DNA from: Bacilli bacterium
Lineage (GTDB): Bacteria > Bacillota_I > Bacilli_A > RF39 > UBA660
Direction of reading: 5' to 3'
NCBI GenBank assembly: GCA_017525035.1
Contig: JAFXTH010000023.1
Location: forward strand, 39,975 to 103,974
Length of the DNA stretch: 64,000 nt
How positions within the stretch are numbered: the stretch's first letter is position 1; each line of letters starts with the position of its first letter. Both the position numbers and the translations under genes were made by a program. Shown piece after piece: positions 1 through 10,067 of the stretch. The notes beneath the pieces were generated by a model. The model searched no databases. It saw only the letters and a list, made by a program, of their open reading frames with translations, and was not told where the DNA came from.

Positions 1-1602
1 ACCTGATTCTTTTGTATAGTTTCTAACAAGTGTAAGTATAGCTTCATCAGTGAATTCTACTTCACTATCTTTTAATCCGTGCTCTTTTAATTGATCAATT
101 ATCAAATGACGTTTTGCTATATCAAGTTTTTCAAATTCTGTATAAGATGATACTTCTATTATTTCAAGTCTATCTCTTAATTCTTCTGGAATTTGTGATA
201 AATAGTTTGCTGTTGCAATAAACATAACGCTAGATAAGTCAAACTCTTCTTCTAAGTAGTGATCTGTAAAGTATTTATTTTGCTCTTTATCAAGTACTTC
301 TAGTAAACTTGATGCTGGATCACCTTTTATATCTTTAGTCATTTTATCAATTTCATCTATTATAAATACTGGGTTTTTAACTCCTGCTTTCTTCATCCCT
401 TGAATGATTAATCCTGGAGCTGATCCTACATATGCCCTTCTATGTCCAATAATTTCAGCTTCATCGTTAATTCCACCAACAGATATCTTTGTTACTTTTC
501 TATTGATACTTTTAGCAACATTCTTAGCAAATGTTGTTTTACCAACACCTGGAGGTCCAACTAAACAAATAATTGGGCTTCTTAAGTTATCAGTTTTTTG
601 TTTTACTGCTAAGTATTCAATAACTCTATCTTTAACATTCTCAAGTCCATAATGAGTACTATCAAGTATCTCTCTTACTTTCTTTAAATCTTTTCTATCT
701 TCAGTTGTCTTTGTCCATGGAAGATTAAGTAACCAATCAATATATGTTCTAATCATTCCAGTCTCAGGTGACATAGAATTACTCATCTCATATTTATTTA
801 ATTCAACATTTAGTTTTTCTTTTACTTTCTTAGGGCAATCTAAAGCATCGATTTTATCTCTTAAAATCTCTATTTCGCTTTGTGATTCTTCTCCAAGTTC
901 TTTCTTAATAGCTTTAATTTTTTCTCTTAAAACAAACTCTTTTTGTGACTCTTCAAGTCCATTTGCTACTGAAAGTTCAATATCTTGTTCTAGTTTTAAT
1001 ATTTCAATATCACTACTAATATCATCAAGAATCATTTTAACTCTTGAAGTACTTGAAGTTTCTTTTAGATATTCTTGTTTTCTTTCATAGTTAATTGGTA
1101 AATATAAAACAACAATATCTGTTAGTTTATCAATATCATTTATTCCTGCCGTTTGTGAAAGTATTGTATTAGACATATATGGTACTTCATGTACATACAC
1201 ATCTATATGTTTATTAAGTGCTCTTACATAAGCCATTTCTTCTTTAGGTGATAATTCTTCAGTTGCAAGATAACTAAACAATGCTTCATATATTCCATCG
1301 TCTTTAGAATATGCAAATACTTTTACACGTGATTCACCTAGTATTATTATTCTTGTTTTACCATTAGGCATATCAAGTTTCATTTTTATCTTACCTACTA
1401 TTCCATAGTTAGGTAATTCATCTATTTCTGGGCTTATCTCAAGAGTATCTTTTGGATTTACAATTAAGATTTTATTATCATAACAAGATTCTGCTAAAGA
1501 TATTATTTTCTTATCTTCAGAAGAATCTAATTCTATTCTGATTTCGTTATAAGGGAACAAGACCATATTCTTTAATAGAAGTACTGGAAGATTGCTTTTC
1601 AT
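1..1602 (-). CDS. lon: ATP-dependent Lon protease (5' part; runs off the window start)
   Basis: Not in the ORF track; read by hand from ATG 1602 (RBS GGAGG upstream): MKSNLPVLLLKNMVLFPY... LON N-domain, Walker A CLVGPPGVGKT, EIIGHRRAYVGSAPG, Walker B FIIDEIDK. Confidence 0.96.
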   Translation of the reverse strand, partial: MKSNLPVLLLKNMVLFPYNEIRIELDSSEDKKIISLAESCYDNKILIVNPKDTLEISPEIDELPNYGIVGKIKMKLDMPNGKTRIIILGESRVKVFAYSKDDGIYEALFSYLATEELSPKEEMAYVRALNKHIDVYVHEVPYMSNTILSQTAGINDIDKLTDIVVLYLPINYERKQEYLKETSSTSRVKMILDDISSDIEILKLEQDIELSVANGLEESQKEFVLREKIKAIKKELGEESQSEIEILRDKIDALDCPKKVKEKLNVELNKYEMSNSMSPETGMIRTYIDWLLNLPWTKTTEDRKDLKKVREILDSTHYGLENVKDRVIEYLAVKQKTDNLRSPIICLVGPPGVGKTTFAKNVAKSINRKVTKISVGGINDEAEIIGHRRAYVGSAPGLIIQGMKKAGVKNPVFIIDEIDKMTKDIKGDPASSLLEVLDKEQNKYFTDHYLEEEFDLSSVMFIATANYLSQIPEELRDRLEIIEVSSYTEFEKLDIAKRHLIIDQLKEHGLKDSEVEFTDEAILTLVRNYTKESG

Positions 1603-1729
1603 ATGTATCTCGCCTCCTTGAAAATATGCTTTTTATTATAACTACCTAAAATATAAAATGCAATAAAAAAGACACTTTTTTACAGTGCTTTTTTTTAACA
1701 TTTTTTATTTTATATTTTTGATACAAAAA

Positions 1730-3010
1730 TTAGTAATTCATATCTGACTTTTTTACTTCAATAACAGGCTTTACACCATAGTTGGCGCTACTGTTAACTA
1801 CGCCATAATTTCCTCCGGCTTCTATTATCATTCCACCAGCATGGGCACCATATGCTACTGTTGAATTATTCTTTGCCATCGTTCCTAACCAGAAACCTTT
1901 AGTTGGATAAGATGATGCATCAACAAATATTGTTTCTTCAACTAAGAAAGAACAATTCTTTAGTCCACCATAATTATTGTAAGTTGCATTACATACTCCT
2001 GATATATCTTGATATTCAGGAAGTCTCGCAACATATGCTGAATAATTAAAATTAACTACATTCTCGCTTTTATCGTTTTTTATTGTTTTTGTACCGGGAC
2101 TTACTATTTTTTCATTCTTCCATGTACTAGACGTTGGTAAATAAGTTGCTGCCTTTGTTGGCCCATTTCTATTACTGTTATTAGTACTATATGCAACAGT
2201 AGTTTGCCCAGTTATATTTTTATAATAAATCAAAATTGCATTTTCACCATTTGAACCTAAATAGTAAAATCTCTCTGTTGCCGCATCAAATACACCATCA
2301 TCATTAACATCACAATCGAAGGCATCACCTGCACTAAGCGATCCTGCGTTCCCAATATGTCCAAATGTCATTGATGTGCCATGTGATATATTGAAAGCAG
2401 TGCATGCTCCTCCTCCACATGTAGCAGTGTGTAACGTTTTTGCTCTTTTACAAACAGGCACTATTTCTTCTCCTGTTGAAATATCAATTACAGTATTAGC
2501 TGTTGTTGCTTCACCTTTAGCGCAGTTGTTTGTTTTATCAATTACTATAATTTTCTTTCTTCCATCTATTCCTTTTAATTCATCAAAATCTTCTATCTTT
2601 AAATCAGATTCAATAAGCTCAGAGTCTAAATCATCGTATTTAGTTATATTTTTAATTCCTTGACCAGTTTCATCTACACTTACCCAATAGTAATCATATC
2701 CACTTCCATTATATGTTACTATTACATATGCTTTATCAAATTCACCATATGGACTTTTTAATGCATTTTCTGTAGGTACGCATTTAATATCCATATAATA
2801 TGTTGCATCGGAATCAAACATTTCAAGTTTACCATTATTAACTAATGTCCTAACTCCACCAATTACCTCTTTTGCTGTTTGAATATATGTGCTCTTTCTT
2901 GAATCACTAATATATTTTGTAACAGAAGGTACTGCTATTATTAATAATATTCCTAATATAATGATAACTGCTAGTAGTTCAATTAATGTAAAACCTTTTT
3001 TATTATTCAT
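1730..3010 (-). CDS. Type IV pilin-like protein (prepilin N-methylation motif) with C-terminal accessory domain
   Basis: KKG/FTLIELLAVIIILGILLIIAVPSV class III signal; Cys-containing C-terminal domain ending YGVKPVIEV. Confidence 0.85.
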   Translation of the reverse strand: MNNKKGFTLIELLAVIIILGILLIIAVPSVTKYISDSRKSTYIQTAKEVIGGVRTLVNNGKLEMFDSDATYYMDIKCVPTENALKSPYGEFDKAYVIVTYNGSGYDYYWVSVDETGQGIKNITKYDDLDSELIESDLKIEDFDELKGIDGRKKIIVIDKTNNCAKGEATTANTVIDISTGEEIVPVCKRAKTLHTATCGGGACTAFNISHGTSMTFGHIGNAGSLSAGDAFDCDVNDDGVFDAATERFYYLGSNGENAILIYYKNITGQTTVAYSTNNSNRNGPTKAATYLPTSSTWKNEKIVSPGTKTIKNDKSENVVNFNYSAYVARLPEYQDISGVCNATYNNYGGLKNCSFLVEETIFVDASSYPTKGFWLGTMAKNNSTVAYGAHAGGMIIEAGGNYGVVNSSANYGVKPVIEVKKSDMNY

Positions 3011-3119
3011 AAATACTCTCCAGTTTATATTTTAATTATAAAATTGTATATATTAACTAGTCAATTAATTGTTATAAATCTAGTGTAAAAGAAGTAAACA
3101 AAAAAACTAATTATAATAA

Positions 3120-3509
3120 TTAGTTTTTACTACAATAATTCATTGAAACAACTGCAGATAGTTCATCTTTTTCATTATAGATTTCCGCATAAAATAAACT
3201 TATTCTTTTACCTATTTTTATTTTTTTTGCGATTACTTTAGCTTTATTCTTGCATGGCTTTAAATAATTAATATTTGAATCTATTGTTACCCCTTCTATT
3301 TTATTCATATAGCACAATGTTCCAATCGCTATATCTGCAAGTCCAAATATTAATCCACCATGCATTATTCCCCATGGATTAAGTGAAATATCTAAAGCAT
3401 CTACATGTGCTACTACTTCATCTTCACTTACTTCATCAAATACTATATTGTTATGATAATCATATCCATTTATCTCTTTAAATTTATTGTTAAAATCATC
3501 TGCGTTCAT
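3120..3509 (-). CDS. PaaI-family hotdog-fold thioesterase
   Basis: LNPWGIMHGGLIFGLAD motif and NINYLKP. Confidence 0.9.
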   Translation of the reverse strand: MNADDFNNKFKEINGYDYHNNIVFDEVSEDEVVAHVDALDISLNPWGIMHGGLIFGLADIAIGTLCYMNKIEGVTIDSNINYLKPCKNKAKVIAKKIKIGKRISLFYAEIYNEKDELSAVVSMNYCSKN

Positions 3510-4924
3510 TATATTTCTTCTATCTTCATAAAGTTTGTTTGCTTTATAGCTCTATTATGATGAATTCCTCCTGTAATGATTATTATATCATCTTGTTCTA
3601 GATTTAAGAATTTAATTGCTTCTTCACGAGCATTATTAACTGTATCATCCATATCATCATCTTTTACTAATCTTGTAACTATTGGATATACACCATAGTT
3701 AAGAAGTAATTGTCTTGCAACTTCTTCTGTTGGGCAAAGTGCAAGTATTAATGTATGTGGTCTTAAGTTACTAATTACTCTAGCACTATGACCTCCTGTT
3801 GTTGGTACAACTATTGCTTTTACTTTAAGTGACTTAGCAGAATCAATTACTGATTTTGCTAAAGCTTCAGTTATATCATCATTTCTTACATTATTAAACT
3901 TAGTTTCATATATATTGTTCTTTTCTGATTCTTTACAAATCTTAGCCATATAATCAACTGCATCAACTGGATGTTTCCCAACGGTTGTCTCACCACTTAG
4001 CATAACTGCATCAGCACCATCTAATACTGCATTTGATATGTCAGTTACTTCTGCTCTTGTAGGACGAGATGATTCATACATTGATGCAAGCATTTCTGTT
4101 GCAACAATAACAAATTTTTCTTTTTCTCTACAAAGTCTAATCATTTCTTTTTGAATAATAGGAAGTTTCTCTACTTCAACTTCTACTCCAAGATCACCTC
4201 TTGCAACCATTATTCCATCACTTTCGTCAACTATCTCTTCTAAATTTTCTACACCAGTTCTACTTTCAACTTTAGAAATGATTTTCATATCTTCTCTATG
4301 ATATTGTTTTAATAATTCTTTAACTTCTTTTATATTTTCTCTTGATTCAACAAAAGAAAGCGCTATGAAGTCTCCTTCATTTTTACATGCATATTCTATA
4401 TCATTTCTATCTTGCTCACTCATAAATGGAATATCAAGTTTAACTCCTGGAACAGCCATTCCTTTTTTAGATTTTAAAACTCCTCCATCTATAACCCTAC
4501 AAGTTAATCCTTCTTGATCTTTATTAACTACTTCTACCTTCATTAATGCATCTTCAAGAAGAATTCTATTTCCTATATTAATTCTATCTAATACTTCTGG
4601 ATGGTTTACGGAAAAATGATCATTTTCTCCAATTTCTTGTTTTTTAACAATTCTAACAAATCCACCTGGAACTAAGTTGATACCTTCTTCTTTAATTTCC
4701 CAACATCTAAAATCAGGTCCTTTAGTATCGTATAAAACAGCTACATGTTGGTTAGTTATTTTTCTTACTTCTTTAACGACATTTAAAATATTTGTATATT
4801 CTTCATAATTACCATGTGAAAAATTAACTCTTGCAACATTCATTCCTTTTTGAACCATTTTAGTCATTACTTCAACTGTTTGACTTGCTGGTCCAATACT
4901 ACATATTATCTTAGTTTTTTTCAT
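3509..4924 (-). CDS. pyk: Pyruvate kinase
   Basis: KTKIICSIGP, ARVNFSHG, DTKGPD, DGIMVARGDLGVE, DAVMLSGET. Confidence 0.98.
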   Translation of the reverse strand: MKKTKIICSIGPASQTVEVMTKMVQKGMNVARVNFSHGNYEEYTNILNVVKEVRKITNQHVAVLYDTKGPDFRCWEIKEEGINLVPGGFVRIVKKQEIGENDHFSVNHPEVLDRINIGNRILLEDALMKVEVVNKDQEGLTCRVIDGGVLKSKKGMAVPGVKLDIPFMSEQDRNDIEYACKNEGDFIALSFVESRENIKEVKELLKQYHREDMKIISKVESRTGVENLEEIVDESDGIMVARGDLGVEVEVEKLPIIQKEMIRLCREKEKFVIVATEMLASMYESSRPTRAEVTDISNAVLDGADAVMLSGETTVGKHPVDAVDYMAKICKESEKNNIYETKFNNVRNDDITEALAKSVIDSAKSLKVKAIVVPTTGGHSARVISNLRPHTLILALCPTEEVARQLLLNYGVYPIVTRLVKDDDMDDTVNNAREEAIKFLNLEQDDIIIITGGIHHNRAIKQTNFMKIEEI

Positions 4925-4995
4925 CTATACCACCTACTATAAAAATTATATTATACATATCTATTTTTTACAATGAATAAAAGAATAGATTTACT

Positions 4996-5826
4996 CTATT
5001 CTCTATTAATTTTATACAAATGATATTGATTATCATTACCTATCTTATAAGTCCATTTATATGTATAGCTTGCAATTGGATTTGTTTCTCCATAATCAAC
5101 TATTTGTACCTTTTCATATACATATACTTCGTCATTTTTTTCTTCTGTTTTTTCATAAGTATATTTATAGTATGGAGATCCAGATGCAGATCCTGTTCTT
5201 TGACTAAATGCATAATACTTTTTACCATCTATTTCTTTTACATCATAATGAAAACCTGCAGGAACATTATTAACTTCATTTACAGCATATAATAAGTCAT
5301 CTTTAAAAGTTAAATTATCCCCAGCTATTTTATATAAAGTCTCTTTAAATATTTTTTGTGCTGGTTCATACTCAATTAAAGTGTCATATCCAGGATCTAC
5401 AGTATTTCCATTTGCATCTTGAGATGGTCCACTATCTTTAACATAATATTCCTTAATTTTCTCTCTTGCTTGTTTATCTAAAATTAAATATAGTTCTTTG
5501 CCAGTAAAATCTTTAACATATACTTCATCATGATTATAAATACTTTTTTCTAATCCTATTTGTATATCAGTTTCGTCTTTTGTTACGTGCAAATTGTAAT
5601 ATAAAGCATTAATATCAAATGTTGGTTTTTCTACATTATCATTAGTTTCCTTTTCTTCTTTCTTATTCTCATTCTTTCCGTTATCACCACCAAATGCATT
5701 AGTACCAATTAAATAGCCAATACTAAAACAAACCAAAAATGCTACAACAACAAGTATAGTATTAATAAATTTCTTTGAATTATTTTTATTACTTTCATTA
5801 TTTACAATATTATTATTCTCTTCCAT
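4996..5826 (-). CDS. Hypothetical membrane-anchored surface protein
   Basis: Start reassigned to ATG 5826 (GGAGGA RBS); single N-terminal TM helix followed by an extracellular domain. Confidence 0.7.
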   Translation of the reverse strand: MEENNNIVNNESNKNNSKKFINTILVVVAFLVCFSIGYLIGTNAFGGDNGKNENKKEEKETNDNVEKPTFDINALYYNLHVTKDETDIQIGLEKSIYNHDEVYVKDFTGKELYLILDKQAREKIKEYYVKDSGPSQDANGNTVDPGYDTLIEYEPAQKIFKETLYKIAGDNLTFKDDLLYAVNEVNNVPAGFHYDVKEIDGKKYYAFSQRTGSASGSPYYKYTYEKTEEKNDEVYVYEKVQIVDYGETNPIASYTYKWTYKIGNDNQYHLYKINRE

Positions 5827-5957
5827 TTTATCCTCCGCTACTAAAATAATTATAAAATTACAAGTAGTTAATGTCCATATATTGATAATATTATTCAAAA
5901 TATTTACGTAAATAATAGCATCATTTTATTTTTATCATAAATTACTATAGGTGTTTT

Positions 5958-6698
5958 ATGAATAATAGTTTTAAATATAAAAAATATGGTAATAAAAGTA
6001 AAGTTTTAATAATTCTTCCTGGTTGGGGTGATACTAGAAAAACTTTTGATTTTTATATTAATAATCTAAAAGATAAATTTACTATCTATATATTTGATTA
6101 TCCTGGCTTTGGAGAAAGTGTTTTCCCAGATAATGATTTAACTATTTATGATTATGCTTTATATATTAAAAAGTTTATTGAAGAACATAACATTAATAAT
6201 CCATATATCTTGTGTCATTCTTTTGGCTGTAGAATATCCTTACTTCTTATTGGTAAATATCGAGTTCTCGTTGATAAACTAATTATTATTGGTGGTGCTG
6301 GTATTAGAAGGCGTAGTATTAAAAGATATTTAAGAGTTAAGAAATACAAGTTTTTAAAGAAAGTAAGTTGTTTACTTCCTAAAAAGATGAGATTTAATTA
6401 TATAGAAAAACTTAGAGAAAAATATTCGTCAAGTGATTATAAAGATTTAGATATTAATATAAAGAAAACTTTTAATAATATTGTTAATACTGACTTAAGA
6501 AAGTACTTAAAATATATTTATAATCCTACTTTATTAATATGGGGAGAAAATGATACAGCTACACCTTTAAAAGATGGCAAACTGATGAATAAAAGAATTA
6601 ATAATTCAGGATTAATAACAATAAAAAAAGGAACACACTTTGTTTATTTAGAGTATCCCTTTTATATTTTAAAAATTATTTTATTTTTCTTTAATTAG
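5958..6698 (+). CDS. Alpha/beta hydrolase
   Basis: LPGWG, DYPGFGES, CHSFG nucleophile elbow, PTLLIWGEND, GTHF. Confidence 0.9.
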   Translation: MNNSFKYKKYGNKSKVLIILPGWGDTRKTFDFYINNLKDKFTIYIFDYPGFGESVFPDNDLTIYDYALYIKKFIEEHNINNPYILCHSFGCRISLLLIGKYRVLVDKLIIIGGAGIRRRSIKRYLRVKKYKFLKKVSCLLPKKMRFNYIEKLREKYSSSDYKDLDINIKKTFNNIVNTDLRKYLKYIYNPTLLIWGENDTATPLKDGKLMNKRINNSGLITIKKGTHFVYLEYPFYILKIILFFFN

Positions 6699-8426
6699 TA
6701 ATCCTAAATCATCTAATTGTTTTTGTGCTACAACTCCTGGAGCTTCATTCATTAAATCTTGTGCACTAGCAGTCTTAGGGAATGCTACTACATCACGGAT
6801 ATTATCAGTTCCTGCTAAGATCATTATTAATCTTTCAAGTCCGATACCTACTCCACAATGAGGAGGTGCTCCATATTTGAATGCATCAATAAAGAATCCA
6901 AATTTTGCTCTTGCTTCTTCTTCAGTCATATCAATTGCTTCAAACACTTTAGCTTGAGTTTCAGAATCGTGTATTCTTACTGAACCACTTAATAGTTCAT
7001 AACCATTAAGTACTAAGTCGTATGCTCTTGAATAACAATGTTCTTTATCTGTTAATAACTTATCCATATCTTCAACTCTTGGAGAAGTGAATGGATGGTG
7101 AGCTGCTACATATCTTTGTTCTTCTTCAGAATATTCAAACATTGGGAAGTCAGTAACCCATAAGAAATTATATTTAGATTCATCTATTAAGTTAAAGTCT
7201 TTAGCAAGTTTAATTCGTAGTGCTCCTAAAGATGGTTTAACTACTTTCTTTTTGTCTGCAACAATAAATACTATATCGTTGTTTTCAAGATTTAATTTAC
7301 TAATTAAATCTTTTTTCTCTTCTTCTTTTAATACTTTAGCAATCGAACCACTTAATTCATTATCAGTATATTTTAAGAATGATAATGCTTTTGCTTTATA
7401 TACTTTAACTAAATCAGTTAATTTATCTATATCTTTTCTTGATAAATCTTCAGCATGATTTTTAAGTACTAAAGCATTAATTATTCCACCATCACTAACA
7501 ATGTTTTTAAATATTTCAAAATCAGTATTATCAAACACTTCTGTAATGTCTTGAAGTTCCATTTCATATCTTGTATCTGGTTTATCACTACCATAGCGAT
7601 TTATACAATCATCATAAGGGATTCTTACAAATGGTTCTAAATCAACATTTTTAATTTCTTTAAATATTTTTTTCATTAAACCTTCAGTAGTTGCCCAAAT
7701 ATCTTCTTCACTTGAAAAGCTTTGTTCAATGTCTATTTGAGTAAATTCTGGTTGTCTATCTGCTCTTAAGTCTTCATCTCTAAAGCATCTTGCAATTTGG
7801 AAGTATTTTTCCATTCCACCAATCATCAATAATTGTTTAAATATTTGTGGTGATTGAGGAAGTGCATAGAAATGCCCATGATAGATTCTTGAAGGTACTA
7901 AGTAGTCTCTTGCTCCTTCTGGTGTTGGTACACATAGGATTGGAGTTTCAACTTCTACAAAACCATTTTCTGATAAATAGTTTCTTGTAATCATAGTAAC
8001 TTTGTGTCTAAGAATTAAGTTATTCTTTAAGCTTTCTCTTCTTAAGTCTAAGAATCTATATTTTAATCTTGTATCTTCAAGTGCAGTTGTATTGTCACTT
8101 ATTTCAAATGGTATATCAATTGATTGATTAATAAGTTCTAATTCATCTACTATTACTTCAATTTCTCCAGTAGGAAGTTTAGGGTTTTTATTTTCTCTTT
8201 CGTTAATTGTTCCTACTGCTCTAATAACTGATTCAGTTTTTAATGATGTTGCTACATCATAATATTTATTTTCTGGTCTTACTATTAATTGGATTATTCC
8301 TGATCTATCTCTTAAGTCGATAAATACAAGTCCTCCTAAGTCTCTTTTCTTTTGAACCCATCCATAAAGTTCTACGGTTTCTCCAACATTTTTAATGTTG
8401 AATTCACCATTATTATATTTTTTCAT
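6681..8426 (-). CDS. aspS: Aspartate-tRNA ligase
   Basis: GWVQKKRDLGGLVFIDLRD, ALPQSPQIFKQLLM, CFRDEDLRADRQPEFTQID; start overlaps the hisS stop (TAATG). Confidence 0.98.
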   Translation of the reverse strand: MKKYNNGEFNIKNVGETVELYGWVQKKRDLGGLVFIDLRDRSGIIQLIVRPENKYYDVATSLKTESVIRAVGTINERENKNPKLPTGEIEVIVDELELINQSIDIPFEISDNTTALEDTRLKYRFLDLRRESLKNNLILRHKVTMITRNYLSENGFVEVETPILCVPTPEGARDYLVPSRIYHGHFYALPQSPQIFKQLLMIGGMEKYFQIARCFRDEDLRADRQPEFTQIDIEQSFSSEEDIWATTEGLMKKIFKEIKNVDLEPFVRIPYDDCINRYGSDKPDTRYEMELQDITEVFDNTDFEIFKNIVSDGGIINALVLKNHAEDLSRKDIDKLTDLVKVYKAKALSFLKYTDNELSGSIAKVLKEEEKKDLISKLNLENNDIVFIVADKKKVVKPSLGALRIKLAKDFNLIDESKYNFLWVTDFPMFEYSEEEQRYVAAHHPFTSPRVEDMDKLLTDKEHCYSRAYDLVLNGYELLSGSVRIHDSETQAKVFEAIDMTEEEARAKFGFFIDAFKYGAPPHCGVGIGLERLIMILAGTDNIRDVVAFPKTASAQDLMNEAPGVVAQKQLDDLGLLIKEK

Positions 8427-9814
8427 TATTCATCTTCTCCTTCGTGATGGCAATGACATTCATCACCACATGTGCACTCATCATCATGATGATGTCCACA
8501 TCCACAATGGCATTCATCTTCGTCATCAAAATCATAATCATACTCTTCTTCAGATAAATGTTCATCTAAGAAATATAAAAGATAATCAACACTTATCGTT
8601 TCTTCTTCTTTAGTTTTATTATTCTTAATCTTTATTTCGTCTTTTGCTAAATCTTCATCATTTAAAATTATTAAGTATTTAGCATTTAATCTATCTGCTT
8701 GTTTAAATTGAGCTTTTAATCCGCGTCCAGTATACTCAGTATCTACTCTATAACCATTTGCTCTTAAGTATTGAACTAGACTTGCAGCATATTTCTTTTC
8801 TGTATCAGATACATACATTACAAATAATTCAATATCATCAATTATTGGTAATTTTACTTCTTCAAGATCAAGTGCTTGTACAAGTCTTCCTAACCCTGTA
8901 GCAAATCCCATACAACAAGTTTCTGGTCCATCTAATGTTTCTACAAGACCATTATATCTTCCACCTGCTCCAATAACATTGTTTGATCCAAATCCCTCAA
9001 CACTAGCTTCAATTTCAAATACAGTGTGATTATAGTAATCAAGTCCTCTAACAAGTCTTGGATCTACTTCATAATCTATTTCTAATTCTTCTAAGTAAGA
9101 TTTTACCTCTTCAAATCTATTCTTACTTTCTTCATTTAAATACTCTATTGTAGTAGGAGCATTCTTTAATATCTCACTATCTTTATCAACCTTACAATCT
9201 AAGATTCTAAGAGGATTCTTATTTAATCTATCATTACAATCTTCACATAAGTCTTTAATATGAGGAGTGAAATATTTAATTAAAGCTTCTCTATAATTAT
9301 CACGAGAGTCTCTATCTCCTAATGAATTGATTTTAACTTTAATTCCCTTAAGCCCAAGCATTTTATATAAAAGAACTGGAATAGATATAACTTCTGCATC
9401 AACTAGTGGATCATTAGATCCTAAAACTTCTACTCCGAATTGAGTAAATTCTCTATCTCTTCCACTTTGTGGTCTTTCATATCTATACATTGTTCCATTG
9501 TAATAAACTTTAACAGGTCCTGGTTCTCCATACATTTTATTTTCAACGTAACTTCTAACAATACCTGCAGTACCTTCTGGTCTTAAAGTAATAGATCTAT
9601 CTCCTCTATCTTTGAAATCATAAGTTTCTTTAGTTACTATATCAGTAGTTTCTCCTACTCCTCTATGGAATAACTCACTGCTTTCAAAAATTGGAGTTCT
9701 TGCATATGTATAGTTATATTTCTCCATTAAACTATCGATAACTTTATCAACATATTTCCATTTCTTTGCTTCAAGCCCTACTAAATCATGACATCCCTTT
9801 GGTTTTGTAATCAT
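8426..9814 (-). CDS. hisS: Histidine-tRNA ligase with an acidic His/Cys-rich C-terminal tail
   Basis: Start reassigned to ATG 9814 (AAGGAGG RBS); LRPEGTAG, YRYERPQSGR, LVRGLDYY, GAGGRY. Confidence 0.97.
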   Translation of the reverse strand: MITKPKGCHDLVGLEAKKWKYVDKVIDSLMEKYNYTYARTPIFESSELFHRGVGETTDIVTKETYDFKDRGDRSITLRPEGTAGIVRSYVENKMYGEPGPVKVYYNGTMYRYERPQSGRDREFTQFGVEVLGSNDPLVDAEVISIPVLLYKMLGLKGIKVKINSLGDRDSRDNYREALIKYFTPHIKDLCEDCNDRLNKNPLRILDCKVDKDSEILKNAPTTIEYLNEESKNRFEEVKSYLEELEIDYEVDPRLVRGLDYYNHTVFEIEASVEGFGSNNVIGAGGRYNGLVETLDGPETCCMGFATGLGRLVQALDLEEVKLPIIDDIELFVMYVSDTEKKYAASLVQYLRANGYRVDTEYTGRGLKAQFKQADRLNAKYLIILNDEDLAKDEIKIKNNKTKEEETISVDYLLYFLDEHLSEEEYDYDFDDEDECHCGCGHHHDDECTCGDECHCHHEGEDE

Positions 9815-9829
9815 AATAATCCTCCTTAA

Positions 9830-10020
9830 AAATAAAAAGGTGGCAAGTAAAGGACGAGTTTCCCCGTGGTGCCACCTTAATTCCATAATTAATTTATGCT
9901 TATAGTGATAACGCTTCTAGCGATTCTTTTATAACACAAGTGTCTTTCATTAATTTATCTTAAGTATTTTCATCAACCATACTCTTTCTACAAAGACTCT
10001 TTAATTACTCCTCTTGCAAA
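9830..10020 (-). promoter_or_regulatory. T-box riboswitch leader of hisS-aspS (specifier most likely Asp, GAC)
   Basis: T-box AAGGTGGCACCACGG at 9864-9878; terminator AAGGTGGCA...TGCCACCTTTTT; stem I with AGUA and GAAAGACA specifier loop closed by CAAG/CTTG and ATTAA/TTAAT. Confidence 0.92.
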
Positions 10021-10030
10021 AGACAATTTT

Positions 10031-10059
10031 ATATTACAACAAGTTCAAAGAATATTCAA
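10031..10059 (-). promoter_or_regulatory. Putative sigma-A promoter of the T-box leader
   Basis: TTGAAT-17 nt-TAATAT just upstream of stem I. Confidence 0.6.
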
Positions 10060-10067
10060 GTGTTATT

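Noticed and set aside
8395-8613. His-rich plus-strand ORF resembling a leader peptide
   Set aside because: It is the antisense reading of the Asp/Glu/Cys-rich hisS tail (GAT/TGA runs give CAT); no RBS and the wrong strand for attenuation.
9815-9886. N-terminal extension of HisS in the ORF track
   Set aside because: It overlaps the T-box antiterminator/terminator; the real start is ATG 9814 with AAGGAGG.
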